From the NCBI GenBank assembly GCA_036172245.1, contig JAYWIR010000012.1, positions 3,472,001-3,536,000 on the forward strand: a stretch of 64,000 nt of DNA, given 5' to 3'. A model generated the notes under the pieces. The model was not told where the DNA came from, searched no databases, and saw nothing but the letters and a program-made list of their open reading frames with translations. The first letter of the stretch is position 1. Every line of letters begins with the position of its first letter. Of this stretch, positions 13,641 to 24,520 are shown piece by piece. A program made the position numbers and the translations under genes. The DNA comes from Raillietiella orientalis. Its lineage: Eukaryota.

Positions 13641-14100
13641 GCGTGCGCTTCCCCTTCCTCCATCGCTGGGGGGCGCAGAGATTGGACACGACAGGGTGGA
13701 CGGAGCGGGACGGCGGTTTCCAGGGATGCCTGGGCGTCAGATGCGGAACGCCACACTACCGAGGACGCAGCTGCGCGGGGGGGCTCGCTCTTCCCAGACA
13801 TCTGGCAAAGGCGGGAGCAGCAAGCAGCTCGCGGTCGCTTAAGAAACGGAGCACGCGCCTTCCCTGCCTCGCGCGGACGGGATCCTATTTCCCTTCCCCT
13901 CTTGCGCCTCTCTCGCATCCACCTGCCCTCCCGGCGCGAGCGCTCGCGTCTGCGACGACACCACTGCCGCTCGCGCACTTGATTGATGCTTGTTTTCGCT
14001 TTCTTCGCGACGGTGGGGCGCGTGCGCGCTCTCATCTGTCCTCCTCCCCCCTCCTCCTTTCCTCCCTTCCACCTCTTTTCTTTCTTTCTTCCACCTCCTC

Positions 14101-14231
14101 CTCTTCTCTTCCTCCTCCCCTCCTCCTCCTCTTCTCTTCCTCCTCCTCTCCTCCTCCTCTTCTCTTCCTCCTCCCCTCCTCCTCCTCTTCTCTTCCTCCT
14201 CCCCTCCTCCTCCTCTTCTCTTCCTCCTCCC
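14101..14231 (+). repeat. 28-bp pure-pyrimidine minisatellite (about 4.7 copies of CTCTTCTCTTCCTCCTCCCCTCCTCCTC)
   Basis: Units start at 14101, 14129, 14157, 14185 and 14213, within a longer C/T tract (~14039-14252). Confidence 0.85.
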
Positions 14232-15749
14232 TTCCGCCTCCTCTTCCTCCCTGTCACACGATTGATATGTTCCCACGCTTCATAAGCGTTGAGGATCAAG
14301 GTGCGAGGTCGCGGGCGTGTTCCCACACCTTTGCGCGGTTGCCACGGGGTTTCTTCCGTCAGTAGCGCTTCCCCGGAGCTTCGTGCGCTTGCCTCCCCCC
14401 CACCCCCACCCCTGCTCTTCTGGAAGCAGATGCATCGGTCTCCGTGAAGGGAGGCCTCTGCATCCCGCATGCGTTTCCTTGCTGCGAGATGGACAGGTCC
14501 GCGAAAGGATGCGAGGAAGTCGGAAGGACCATTTCGCGGGTCCGCTTCTCAAAAAGGGGAGGAGGGACAGTTCTCCCTGCTGGCGGCGTGGTGAACCCGG
14601 TCAGGCCGGCTCGTATGCGCGCCTACCGCCGCCGGTCGGCATAGGGCGGAAGCGCCTCCTCTTCTTGCAGAAGCGCCGCCCGCGAAGGGGACGGTAAGGA
14701 AGAGGAAAAGGAATACCGGTACTGCCCGAGGTCGCGGGGCAGCTGCGTTCGGAGTCCTGTTCACCCCGGACGCGCAGCGGTCCCCCGCATGTTAACCTCC
14801 TTGCGGAATCGGGGGAGCTGCGGAAATCACAGGTAGCGGCTGTGCACCGTTGAGAGTGGGGGCAGAAGAAGGCCGGTTTCCGGGGCGACCGGAAGGACGG
14901 ACTCTCGGGCATCCCCGAAGTCCCTCTCTCGCATCCGACCTCCTTGCGGCGGAGCAAGGATGTTCCCTTCCTCCTCTCATTCTCCCCCCCCTTAGTCCCG
15001 GGAACATGCCATCCTCTTCCCTTCCTCCTCCCCGCGGCGTCGCGCCCGTGGAGAGATGGGAGGGATGTTCTTCCCGCTTTGGGCCGTAGGGCCGTCGCAA
15101 GCCCGAAGAAAGTCACGGGAGGGTTCGACACACCGCGGAGGGGTCGATCAACCGTTTCCCAGCGGTCACACTGGAAGGGCGCCGTCGCTCGACAGGCCTT
15201 CTCGCGACCGGGACGCCCCCCGGCAGCTCCGGATGTTTGCTCTGAAGGGGCGCCACTGCTTTCCCGCCTCATTTCCTCCGCTCCTCCTTTCCTTCGACGC
15301 GAGGAAGGGTTTGAGGGGGGGGGGGGGAGAACGTCCTCGCTCTCTTTCGTCGCGCACGCCCCTAGAGCGGAATTTCGCCGCTACCCAGCCACGTCCCTTC
15401 CCATCGCAGCGGGCCCTTTGGCATCTGCGCCCCCTCCCTCCATCTGGCGAGGAAGCTCTGGAAACCTTTGCGCGCCTCCTCGACCCCTCTCACCCCCTCG
15501 TTCGAGCGTCGACCGCATCACGTGGTTCTGGGCGCGCGAGCCCGTCCTCACCCAGTTCCTTTGTTTCCCGGTGCTGCCTCGGAAAAGTGAAGGGGTCCAG
15601 CGCTCTCCCGTTCTCTCGCTTGGCAGCGTGCGCACAGGAAGGAGAAGGGATTAAGGAAAAAGGGATTGGGGACAGAGGTTTTCCAGATGAGCTGTCCTCC
15701 TTGCTGCCGGACAGGAAGGAGGAAGTCCCTCTTCTCCTACTGCGTCGCC

Positions 15750-16550
15750 TCCCGAGGCCTGCGGGTCCCACGTGACTTTTCGGAGCTTCGGGGAGAGAAC
15801 TGTGGTCGGCGAGGAGCCATTTCCGGGCTTGCAAATGGCTTTCTCCTCGAGTTCCCACAGGAGGGATAGGGAGCACGCGCTGCTAGCTACTCCGCGAGCG
15901 CCGAGGCTGTTTGCCCAGCGTGCTTCCGCGGGATGCTCTGGGAAGATTCTCCCGAGCACCGCAGCATCCTCCAGCGGCGCCGAGGGGGGAAAGAAGGGAA
16001 GGAGATGACGCGGATCAGTGCTCGCGGAAGCGGAGGAGCACGCGGTGGCGGACCTTCGGTGGGACGCAGATTCCCTCCTCCTGCTGCCGCTCTTGCAATC
16101 GGACGATGTGGGAAATGGGGCCTGTGGGACCCTTCACCTCCCTCTTCCTCCTCTTCATTCCGGGGGGGGGTAGCCGAAGTGACCCTACTTTTCTTCCCTG
16201 CGACTGCTGCCCCGGCCACATTCTGGAGTCATGTGGCCTCTCCCTTCTCGATCCTCTTCTTCCACCTGGGAGCTCACCTGGAAACGTTTTGGTGGCGTCC
16301 GTTGGCTGGCAATGCGGCCAGGCTATCTCCGAGATGCCAGGGATCAGCAAGGACAGACTCGCCGATCAGCGATCCTCCCCTCTCCTCCTCCTCATCCCCT
16401 CCCCCTCGTGCGCGCGCGGCATACCTCCAGGAGCCTCCCTTCTGCGGGTTAGTAGGGCCCACTGCTTCGGCTCCGGCGTCGTCGCGCGCATCCGATCGTC
16501 CAGGGAGAAGCACAAGGAAGGTCCCTCTGCGAAGACCTCTGGAACGGAGG
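15750..16550 (-). mobile_element. Decayed LINE 3' fragment (RNase H and zinc knuckle, R1/LOA-like)
   Basis: HLGDSLAAL (~xSDSxAAL), MWPGQQSQGRK (~WxPGHxGxxGN), then IFPEH...LGARGVASSACSL...EE. Confidence 0.4.
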
Positions 16551-17688
16551 GAGCAGGAGAAAAGGGAGAACAGGTTCCGCTACCATTGCCGCGAGTGCAC
16601 CGTTAAAGGCGACACCGCTGCCTTCTCTCCCCCCCCCCCTTCCCTCTGGCGAACCCATCACTCCGGTGTCGGCCGCAACCAACGAATCCGGTCCAGGCGT
16701 TGACCTCTTGGAGTAGTTCCCTGAAGTTCTCCCTTCCCCCTCCTTCCTGCCAGACAGACAAGACAAAAAAGGGCTTCCTCTTCGGAGGTACGCGCACATT
16801 ATTGCATTACACTCGGTCCTTACGGGATTTGCGTTCCCACCCCCTCCTCCTCCTCCCTCCCCCTTTATCGTTCCCCTTTGCTTCCCGAGCCGGAGTACTC
16901 CTGTTTCGCGAGGAGATAAACCTGTGGTTTATCCTCCCTCCTCAGCGATCCACGAAAGGATTCACGAAACCGCCTCCACTGCTCCCTTCAGGACAGGAAC
17001 GGAGTTCCTCACGAGTACGTCGTCCTCTTGTTGTCGTCGTCTTTCGTCACGTTGCCTCAAGCGGCCACCACGAGGGGAGGGAAACGACGGGGAGGAGAGC
17101 TTGCACGATCGCGGCTCGGGGTGGGGTGGGGTGGTATGGAGGGGTTGAGGAAAGGGGGGAGAGCAGGAAGGGGTCAAAGTGCTGCTGCTGCTGCCTCGAA
17201 GCCTTGGCCCAACGGCAAGCCGACGCTGACTGGCTGCGCTCGCGCAAGCGCAAAAAGAAGGAAAAAAAAAAAAAGCAGGGTGCAGAAAGAGGAAGACTCG
17301 ATGATCAGCAACGACCCCCACTACCTTTCCTTCCTTTGTCCCTTCCTCCTCTTCTTCTCTTCCTCCTCAGGGCGGAAGGGGGAGTAAGGGGGTTGTTTCT
17401 CGTCCCCTACAGCTTCCTTTGCCGGTCGTGTCCCTGTGGGATGGGCCACCCGCTGCTCGTTTTGGCGGAAAGTCGGCGAGGCAGGTGGGGCTCGCACACG
17501 TGGCACGAACGCACGACGTTGCCAGGAGGCACGTTCGTTCGTAAGGGGTCGGGCAGCCCGTGCTGGTGAACCGAAAGGCACACGACACAAACACCACTCC
17601 TGTTTTTTTTTTTTTCTTCTCCTGTTTTCTTTTGTTTTGTTTTTCTGCCTGTTTGCTGAAAACTTAAAATGGTCTCCATCTTTTCCAG

Positions 17689-17932
17689 AGATTGAGAGTT
17701 TCTAGATTTTTCGAGCACCGGGCTTTGTTCCAGAGCACCGGTTGAAAAGCAGCAGCGGTGCTCAGAGCAAGAACAAAGGCCGCAAAATGGAAGAGTTCTG
17801 AGCTGTTCCTTTCGTGTTCTGCGCCTCTCGCAGGCACGCCGGAATCCCTCGGGAGGAGAATCTTTTCCCACCGCCCCGAGAAATGGCGCCGCCGCGCGGG
17901 CCGCTCCCCTATGCCGGAGGCCACTCCACGTG
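17689..17932 (+). promoter_or_regulatory. mAChR-A 5' UTR portion containing three upstream AUGs
   Basis: uORF 17787-17801 (MEEF*); uORF 17883-17933 (16 aa) whose TGA overlaps the main ATG (TGATG); and an out-of-frame uAUG at 17911 that stays open to 18300. Confidence 0.55.
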
Positions 17933-18822
17933 ATGGATTCCTGGCTCGGTGCGACCGCCGCGCCGCGGGAACCGCAGGGGAACTCGAGCCCCGGCCTGAT
18001 GTGGATCGCGATGGAGGGGAGCTTCAACCATTCCGCCGCCTACCTGAAGGAGGTCATCCCCGCGAGTCCCGAGGGATTCTCTCCGGGGGGCATTCAGAGG
18101 ATCGAGGGTGGCCTGCTGGGCAACGCCAGCTTCAGGAACGTCACCTCGGTCCCTTCCCACTACTCCAACATTCCGATCATCCCGCTGGCGGCCCTCGCGG
18201 GGTTCCTCAGCCTGCTGACGGTCGCCGGCAACATCATGGTCATGGTTTCCTTCAAGATCGACAAGCAGCTGCAGACCATCAGCAACTACTTCCTGTTTAG
18301 CCTAGCCGTGGCGGACTTTGTCATAGGGCTCATATCCATGCCGCTGTACACTGTGTACATCCTCCTCGGCGAGTGGTTGCTGGGGCCCGAGGTCTGCGAC
18401 ATGTGGTTGGCCCTAGATTACCTGATGAGCAACGCCTCCGTGCTCAACCTCCTCATCATCAGCTTCGACAGGTACTTTTCTGTCACGAGGCCTCTGACGT
18501 ACCGCGCCAGAAGGACCACGAAGCGTGCCGCCGTCATGATCGCAAGCGCGTGGATTATCTCGCTGGCCCTGTGGCCGCCTTGGATCTACTCGTGGCCCTA
18601 CATAGAGGGGAAGAGGACGGTTCCCGAAAACAAGTGCTTCATCCAGTTCCTGGAAACGAACACTTACGTCACCTTCGGGACCGCCATAGCGGCGTTCTAC
18701 TTTCCCGTCACTGTGATGTGCATCTTGTACTGGAGGATATGGAAGGAGATGCAGCAGAGGCAGAAGGACCTTTCCCAGCTGCAGGCGGACAACAAGATCA
18801 GCAGTCGCAAGTCCAACTCGAG
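17933..18822 (+). CDS. mAChR-A: Muscarinic acetylcholine receptor, A-type: coding exon 1 (N-terminus, TM1-TM5, start of ICL3)
   Basis: The translation contains [71 protein letters not shown] (TM3 Asp and DRY) and CFIQF...[13 protein letters not shown], all diagnostic of muscarinic receptors. ATG is at 17933 and the exon ends at a phase-2 donor AG|GTGAGA (GT at 18823). Confidence 0.96.
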
Positions 18823-19645
18823 GTGAGAGGACCCGACCTCTGCGCTTCCACGCGATGCGCGGGGTCCGACCGATCGCCGCGGGGGGAGGAGGGGGTGCCT
18901 CTGCTCTTGAGCGATCGCGTACGCGCTCTGGCGGGCCGTGCAGCTTGGGGATCTCTCTCCTCTTCGCCCCGCTCGTCCCGTGTGCTTCTCCCCGCGAAGA
19001 ACCCCCCTCCTCTTCCTCGCAGCGGGGTCACCCACGGACGAGAGAGCTGTCCGCCAGCATTCGAGAGAGTTTCCTCTGCCCCGAAAGAGAGGCGTCCGGA
19101 ACTGACGACGGACGGTTTCGCGAATCCCGCGCCGGTGGGGAGGAGCGGAGGAGCGAACAGGAAGTAACCTTCCTGTTCGCTCTTCCCGCGACGCCGCCGA
19201 CCTGCGCGCGGCGTCGTCGCAGGAAGCTCCGAGGAACCCGCGACGAAGAGAAGGGAGGAGCCGCTCCTCTCATTGGCAGGGGGCACGGCGGGGAGCGGAA
19301 TACTCCCCGATCTGCAGGCTCGCAAATCCGATCAAGGAGCTCGTTTCCTAAGACAATTATGATTCCCGTTAACAATCAAGAGAATCATCAAGTTTGGGGA
19401 GGGATAGAATTGCCCAAAAGTAGCGAGATGCACACAAACACGAGTTCGAGGATGGAGGCACAATTAATGGTACCATCACCTAAAGGGTAGGAAGGGAGGG
19501 AGGGGGGGGGGGAGGAACGAATGGGGGAGGGAATTAGCTTGCAAGGGAAAACAAATCACAGCCTATTTCGGCAGAGCTCGACAAACATTCTCTCAGGATG
19601 ACTCATTCAGCAGCGGCCAGAAAAGGCAAAAAAGAAAGCCAAACA

Positions 19646-19712
19646 GCGGTAGCCCCGCGTCGGCGGCCTCCGCGCGCGGCACCGAACGTTGCGGGTTCGA
19701 ACTCCAGCCGGG
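19646..19712 (+). mobile_element. Possible degenerate tRNA-derived SINE head
   Basis: A B-box/T-arm-like GCGGGTTCGAACTCC (19691-19705) lies about 45 nt after an A-box-like GCGGTAGCCCCGCGTCGG. No cloverleaf is evident. Confidence 0.25.
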
Positions 19713-20790
19713 TAAAGATCAACGCCGAGCAGTGGGCGGTGCGTCGTGAATTCGAGTTCCCTCCTGCAAGATGACGCTGGTTGGTCTGCATTCGGGTGAG
19801 GCACTGGAAGCGGGAGGCCGGATGTCCCCATCGACTGGCCGCCATCAGGAACTGGCCCTCCGGGGTCCTTCCAGGAATCATGGAGCCCTTCGGGGTTGCC
19901 CTCCGGTTGTGAAAATGGAACCGTTTCCGCCTCGGGGAGAGACCTTCCATCGCATGCCATGGAGCTGGTGGATCGATACCTCTCCAGATGTGGGAAGAAG
20001 CGGCCTGCTCCCTTCGGGAGCGACCCTTCTGAGAAAATTTGGGGTTCTCTTCAGAGGAGGAAACAAGGGAGCAGTGGGCCTTGGGGCTTCCCTCCGGAGA
20101 AGAAATTCAGGGCGGATGCTTTCCGGTTTCCCTTCGGAGAACAAGGGAGCGGTCCCCTTCCGGGGGTCCCGACGGAGGGGAATAAGGAAGGGGTTCCCTT
20201 CGGAGACAGTCAGGATGGAGGGTTCCCTCCCAAGCGTGAGAGGAACGGACTCCTTGCTTCGTAGCCTTCCTGTATTCGTAGGGTGGTCGCTCCTGGGGTA
20301 CCCCCTGAATTGAAGAAGAGTTACTACACGCACCCTCGGCTGGCGCGGACAGCATCGAAGAGCTTTGTGAGCCGTCAGGTGAACGGCTCTTCAGTACTTG
20401 GCGAACCAAAAGAAAGAAAAAAGCTGCAAGGAAAACGGCCAATGCTGTGGGTTTCAGCAGGAATTTGTTCCAGTGCTCGTGCTCAGGCTGCTGAAGATTT
20501 CCTGCGGGAAAACCTCTTCCTTCCCCTCCCCCTTCCTTTTCTTCAGAAGAAAAGAAAACGAAGATGGCACCTGTAGTCAAAGGCCCACCCCGCTCTACTT
20601 GGAATGGGTGGAATCTCCCTCCCACGCGGAGGTGCCGCCTGTAAGCAGACCTCCTCGTGCAGAAAACAGGCGGGCGAGAGGTCAGACCTGTATGGGGGGA
20701 TGCTGGCAGCACTCCGTAGGTTTCCGGCGTGCAAGAAGCGGAGTGGCGAGGGGCACATCGCAGGTGTTCCCAGCACACGCAGCTCATCGC
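19700..20790 (-). mobile_element. Decayed Ingi/Vingi-like LINE 3' fragment
   Basis: SASCTPETYGVLPASPHT (~SxAEY..PVWxxSxHT) followed by RTPEGQFLMAASRWGHPASRFQCLTRMQTNQRHL (~RTGxG...KWG..S..CxCG..QT..HL). Confidence 0.5.
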
Positions 20791-21505
20791 TTCGGCTCAC
20801 TTGCAAATAGGGCCCTTCATCGCCAGCCGTTCAATCACAACCGAATCCCCCCGTTGACGAGTCTTCGATTTGCGCCTTCGAAGGGAGCCCCCCGAGCGGC
20901 GCGGCCCACGTGTTCGATTGGCGCGGGGTACACACACCCTCCTCCTCTCCCGACATCGGCCAGCCATTTTCGAGGCGTGCTCGTTGCCTGGGTCTCCGAA
21001 ACCTTCCGTCGCCAGGACTTCCGAACTCATCCTGGCGACGGACGGACGAAGCTCGCAACCTATCCCGGAGCTTTGCCGGTTCCCCCTTTTTTTCCCCCTT
21101 CCGGGAAACGCTGGGATCCACTCCTTCGTTCCGTGAACTTCCTCCCTTTTAGTTTTTGATACGCACGTGACTTTTTTTTTTCTTTTTTTTCTTTTCATGC
21201 CCATAAATTGCTTGGAAACGACACGCCGTTTTGTTTCGTTTCCTTCCTATGTACGGTCGCTATGTACACGCGCACTCTTTTGCGATCGTTTCGAGACCGC
21301 AACAAGAAATCTTTCAACCAATAAGGCACCGCGATTCAGAGCAATGATCCACATCACCACAGCTGTGATTGCTTCTCTCCGTCGGTGCTCTTAGTAATGC
21401 TGGATTTCGTGATTTCGAAAACGTGTGCCCTCTCGGAAGGTTTCCGGAAAGGTCGACTGAACCGAGGATGGGTTGGGGCGGAGGTCGCCCTGCGCGTTTG
21501 CGCCA

Positions 21506-21743
21506 TGGATGGAAGGGCTGTGTCATCTTGGAACGTGGGTGATATATATCACACGTCACACGTTTCAGGCGTGATCTTCTCCACCGGGTTCCATCGTTTG
21601 AGTCGCGGGATCCAGTGGGGAGATGGGAAGCGGCCACCAAACCCATCCCAGCGTACCTCCTCAAAGCACGCGCGTTTTTCGACCTGCTCTTCGGTCCGTC
21701 AGGACTTAACTTCGTCATTAGTCATCTTGGATTTATCTGTCCA
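21506..21743. repeat. Left arm of a perfect 238-bp inverted repeat
   Basis: tggatggaagggctgtg...gatttatctgtcca is the exact reverse complement of 22779-23016 when compared base by base. The ORF track shows identical peptides in 21385..21783(+) and 22451..23170(-). Confidence 0.97.
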
Positions 21744-22738
21744 ACGTGTTGAGAGAGGAAAACAGCTACATCTGTTCCTATAGCGAAAGAAAAAGGAAGG
21801 CAAGCATCCCTTCGTGTTTCCTTGCAAACGAAGCACTAAAAAATTTCCCTCCTCCTGCTCCTTCGAGAGTGCTGATCATAAATTCGTGATAAATGGAGCG
21901 CATCCAGATGGTTCCTTTGCGTCTGATAAGGAGACGCCTACCAACTTAAAATGAGTTGGAATCATTTCAGAAAAGTGATTTGTGAAAACGCTGCCGGTCG
22001 GTGAATCAGGAACTGGTGAAGGAGGTCGTGGCGAGTTGATGTTGGGAGGGAGAGGGGAAGGGGAGGGGAACTCTGGAAGCAGCTCTTTATTTGGGAAGCC
22101 GGGAAGACTGGGCCGAATTCTGTTTATTTTCCGAGTGAAGATCGTGGGTTTGCGGAGCGTTTGGAATTTGCGTGTGTTTGGAATTCACGGTTGAGGGGAC
22201 TGTGCCACACATTCCTTGCGAATGTTCTTTCGAGATCGAAATTTCAAATCATGTCGAGTTTGAGTTATTACTACTGCGGACGATTCGCTTTTTCATCCGT
22301 AAAGGAACGGCCAAGGTTCGGCTCACATCCTTGGAGGAGACTGTGGCGGTGGTGTTTCCAGCATCTGCCCGCGTGATCGAAATTTTGCAACGGCGGAAGG
22401 ATGATGGAGGTGGTCGGTTACGGCGCGGAACGAGTGGAACCGAGCCGCTTCTATTGCGGGCAGCTCCCCCCCTCTGGTACTCCTAGGGAGCATTTTCTCC
22501 TCCTCTTCTTTTTCTTCTTCAAAAAAAATCTCCTAAAGACCTTTGAAGCCAGCACGCCATCGGTATTCGGATCCCTCGGTTTTCGGGTCCTTCTCTGCCA
22601 ACTCCGTGTGCTTCGAAACTCGACCGTTCCATTGCTGCGCTTTCCTGCCTCGAAGCGATCTTTCGGCAGAAGACCTTTGCGCTTTCCGTGATCCACTCCG
22701 TCCTGATGCGAATCCAGATAGAAATTTTCGTTTCTAGG

Positions 22739-22741
<3 letters not shown>

Positions 22742-22771
<30 letters not shown>
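22742..22771 (+). repeat. (CT)n microsatellite
   Basis: Uninterrupted TC run next to the right arm of the inverted repeat. Confidence 0.95.
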
Positions 22772-22772
<1 letters not shown>

Positions 22773-22778
22773 AAGTGC

Positions 22779-23016
22779 TGGACAGATAAATCCAAGATGA
22801 CTAATGACGAAGTTAAGTCCTGACGGACCGAAGAGCAGGTCGAAAAACGCGCGTGCTTTGAGGAGGTACGCTGGGATGGGTTTGGTGGCCGCTTCCCATC
22901 TCCCCACTGGATCCCGCGACTCAAACGATGGAACCCGGTGGAGAAGATCACGCCTGAAACGTGTGACGTGTGATATATATCACCCACGTTCCAAGATGAC
23001 ACAGCCCTTCCATCCA
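22779..23016. repeat. Right arm of the perfect 238-bp inverted repeat (spacer 1035 bp)
   Basis: tggacagataaatcc...cccttccatcca; it lies 7 bp from the (CT)n run at 22742-22771. Confidence 0.97.
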
Positions 23017-24229
23017 CAAGTTCATGGCACAAACACACAGCATGGTTCCTCCCTTTTGACACCGTTTCCGGTTTGACGTTTCTGGTTCTTCCTTGGAGAG
23101 CATGAAGCACCAGAAAAAACACCTGAAGAGCACAAATCGCACTGAAACACTGCTTAGTTTGCAGGAGCATTCGCTCATCCCGTTCTGTTTAATGAGCGGG
23201 GATCGATTCGAACCGGATTCGATTGGCCAGATGCAGCTTCGGCTGACGGTTCGAGTCCTCCTCGAAAAGAGAAGAATTTTCATTCGGACTTTCCCCCCCC
23301 CCCCCGTAAGAAACTTTGAATTCAACTTTGCTTCTCCCAGGTTACTAAATTGCCCGTTCATTCGCGCGCACACTTGGTTCCCCTTGGAAAATCTCGATTC
23401 CGCAGTGGGAGCCGCAGCTGGAAGCACTTCCCGTCGAGGGTCCGGGACACCGCTCTCAGGTGACCGACCAGTTTGGGCTTCAAGTGTTCCCGAACGACGA
23501 GAAGGAAAACTTTCGAGACGGCACGGAAACCCTGCGTGCACACGCACACACATGAAGCTCAAGGGTGCGCGTCACGTGAGCGTTGTGGTGCGAAAGAAGC
23601 GTTCCGTTGCGCGGTGGGCTTGCCGACGTCCTACCATGAACCACCCGGTGCGGTTCTCCCGGAAAGTTTGAAGGTTGCCCCTCTCGCGTGAAAAAGCCTC
23701 CCACCCACATTTCTCTCTCTTCGTTTTTTTTTTTTTTCCTCTAAAAAGGAGAAACGCGCTTTCGAACTTTGCCACGACAAAGTTGCTCGCCTCCGTGAAT
23801 CCCGGGAATTACTCTGTCGGCGGCATCCTCAAAGCAGCCCATTTTGTTCATTTCGTGACCGCATTACTGCGTTGCCTTCAAACTTTTTCTCGCACGGTCC
23901 TCGGTGCACACAGATTTAAGTGGCGCGCACTGCCATAATGCAGGCGGAATGTTTCCTCAAAGTGTGCTAACCAGGAGCAGCTCTCCATAACTTTCAGATT
24001 TCTTTAGCTGCGTCTTCCCCTCGCTGACTTCCCGTTCTCCAGATGTCGGGTGTGAAGTCGAATGCACCTCGGTAAATCACAGTCTTGTTAGCCGTGTTCA
24101 CACGCAGTCCTTACTTTGTATTCTGCGGCATCCTGAACGTTTCGTTCTGACTGATTGCAGAGGTCTTGAAACTGCTTGTTTATTGATCCGAAATTCTTTA
24201 TGATCGCTGATGAAAGCAACGATCGTTTT

Positions 24230-24520
24230 CCATGTGCAAGGTTTTCGTATGCAGCTGCGTTGAACGGTTCCATTGCAGTCCGTCAATGCTGGCTTTCGGC
24301 GACTTCGAGTTTGGTCGTCAAGGATTCGTCCATCCGGGGACACGGACGGGATGCGTGCAAAGCACGTGCCTTTCTCTGCCTGAACATTCAGTTGGTTCAC
24401 TTCCTTTTGCTGGCCGTAACAACAGTCCCTTCGGTGAAAACGATGGCTGGTCCGTACCTCCATATGATCTATGTGCTTTCACCGAGATAAAAGACTTCCT
24501 GGTCCTCTGCATCTCTGATC
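24230..24520 (-). mobile_element. Short decayed RTE-like 3' fragment
   Basis: ISVKAHRSY..., then KEVNQLNVQ..TCFARIPSVSPDGRILDDQTRSR...GLQW. This resembles the RTE post-RT region (E..LNVF..CLRRI..V...RI....RSR...LxW). Confidence 0.4.

Larger units (their letters stand above)
21314..23560 (-). mobile_element. Decayed RTE-clade LINE with an internal inversion (about 21970-23016 now on +)
   Basis: On the - strand: QCFS...QVFFLVLHALQGRTR (~23.1 kb) and the C-terminal ARALRRYAG...RW...KRAGRPP (21314..21718). On the + strand within the spacer: DL*KRCRSVNQEL (21977), FRVKIVGLRS, ADD (22276-22284) and ASTPSVFGSLGFRV. Confidence 0.55.

Noticed and set aside
14101..14231. Regular 28-bp repeat as a CRISPR-like array
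   Set aside because: The units are head-to-tail with no unique spacers, are low-complexity, and sit in a eukaryotic context without cas genes.
21506..23016. Inverted repeat interpreted as terminal inverted repeats of a MITE or DNA transposon
   Set aside because: There is no convincing target-site duplication (at most a 2-bp CA) and no transposase remnant, and both the arms and the spacer look like parts of one RTE LINE continuing into the flanks.
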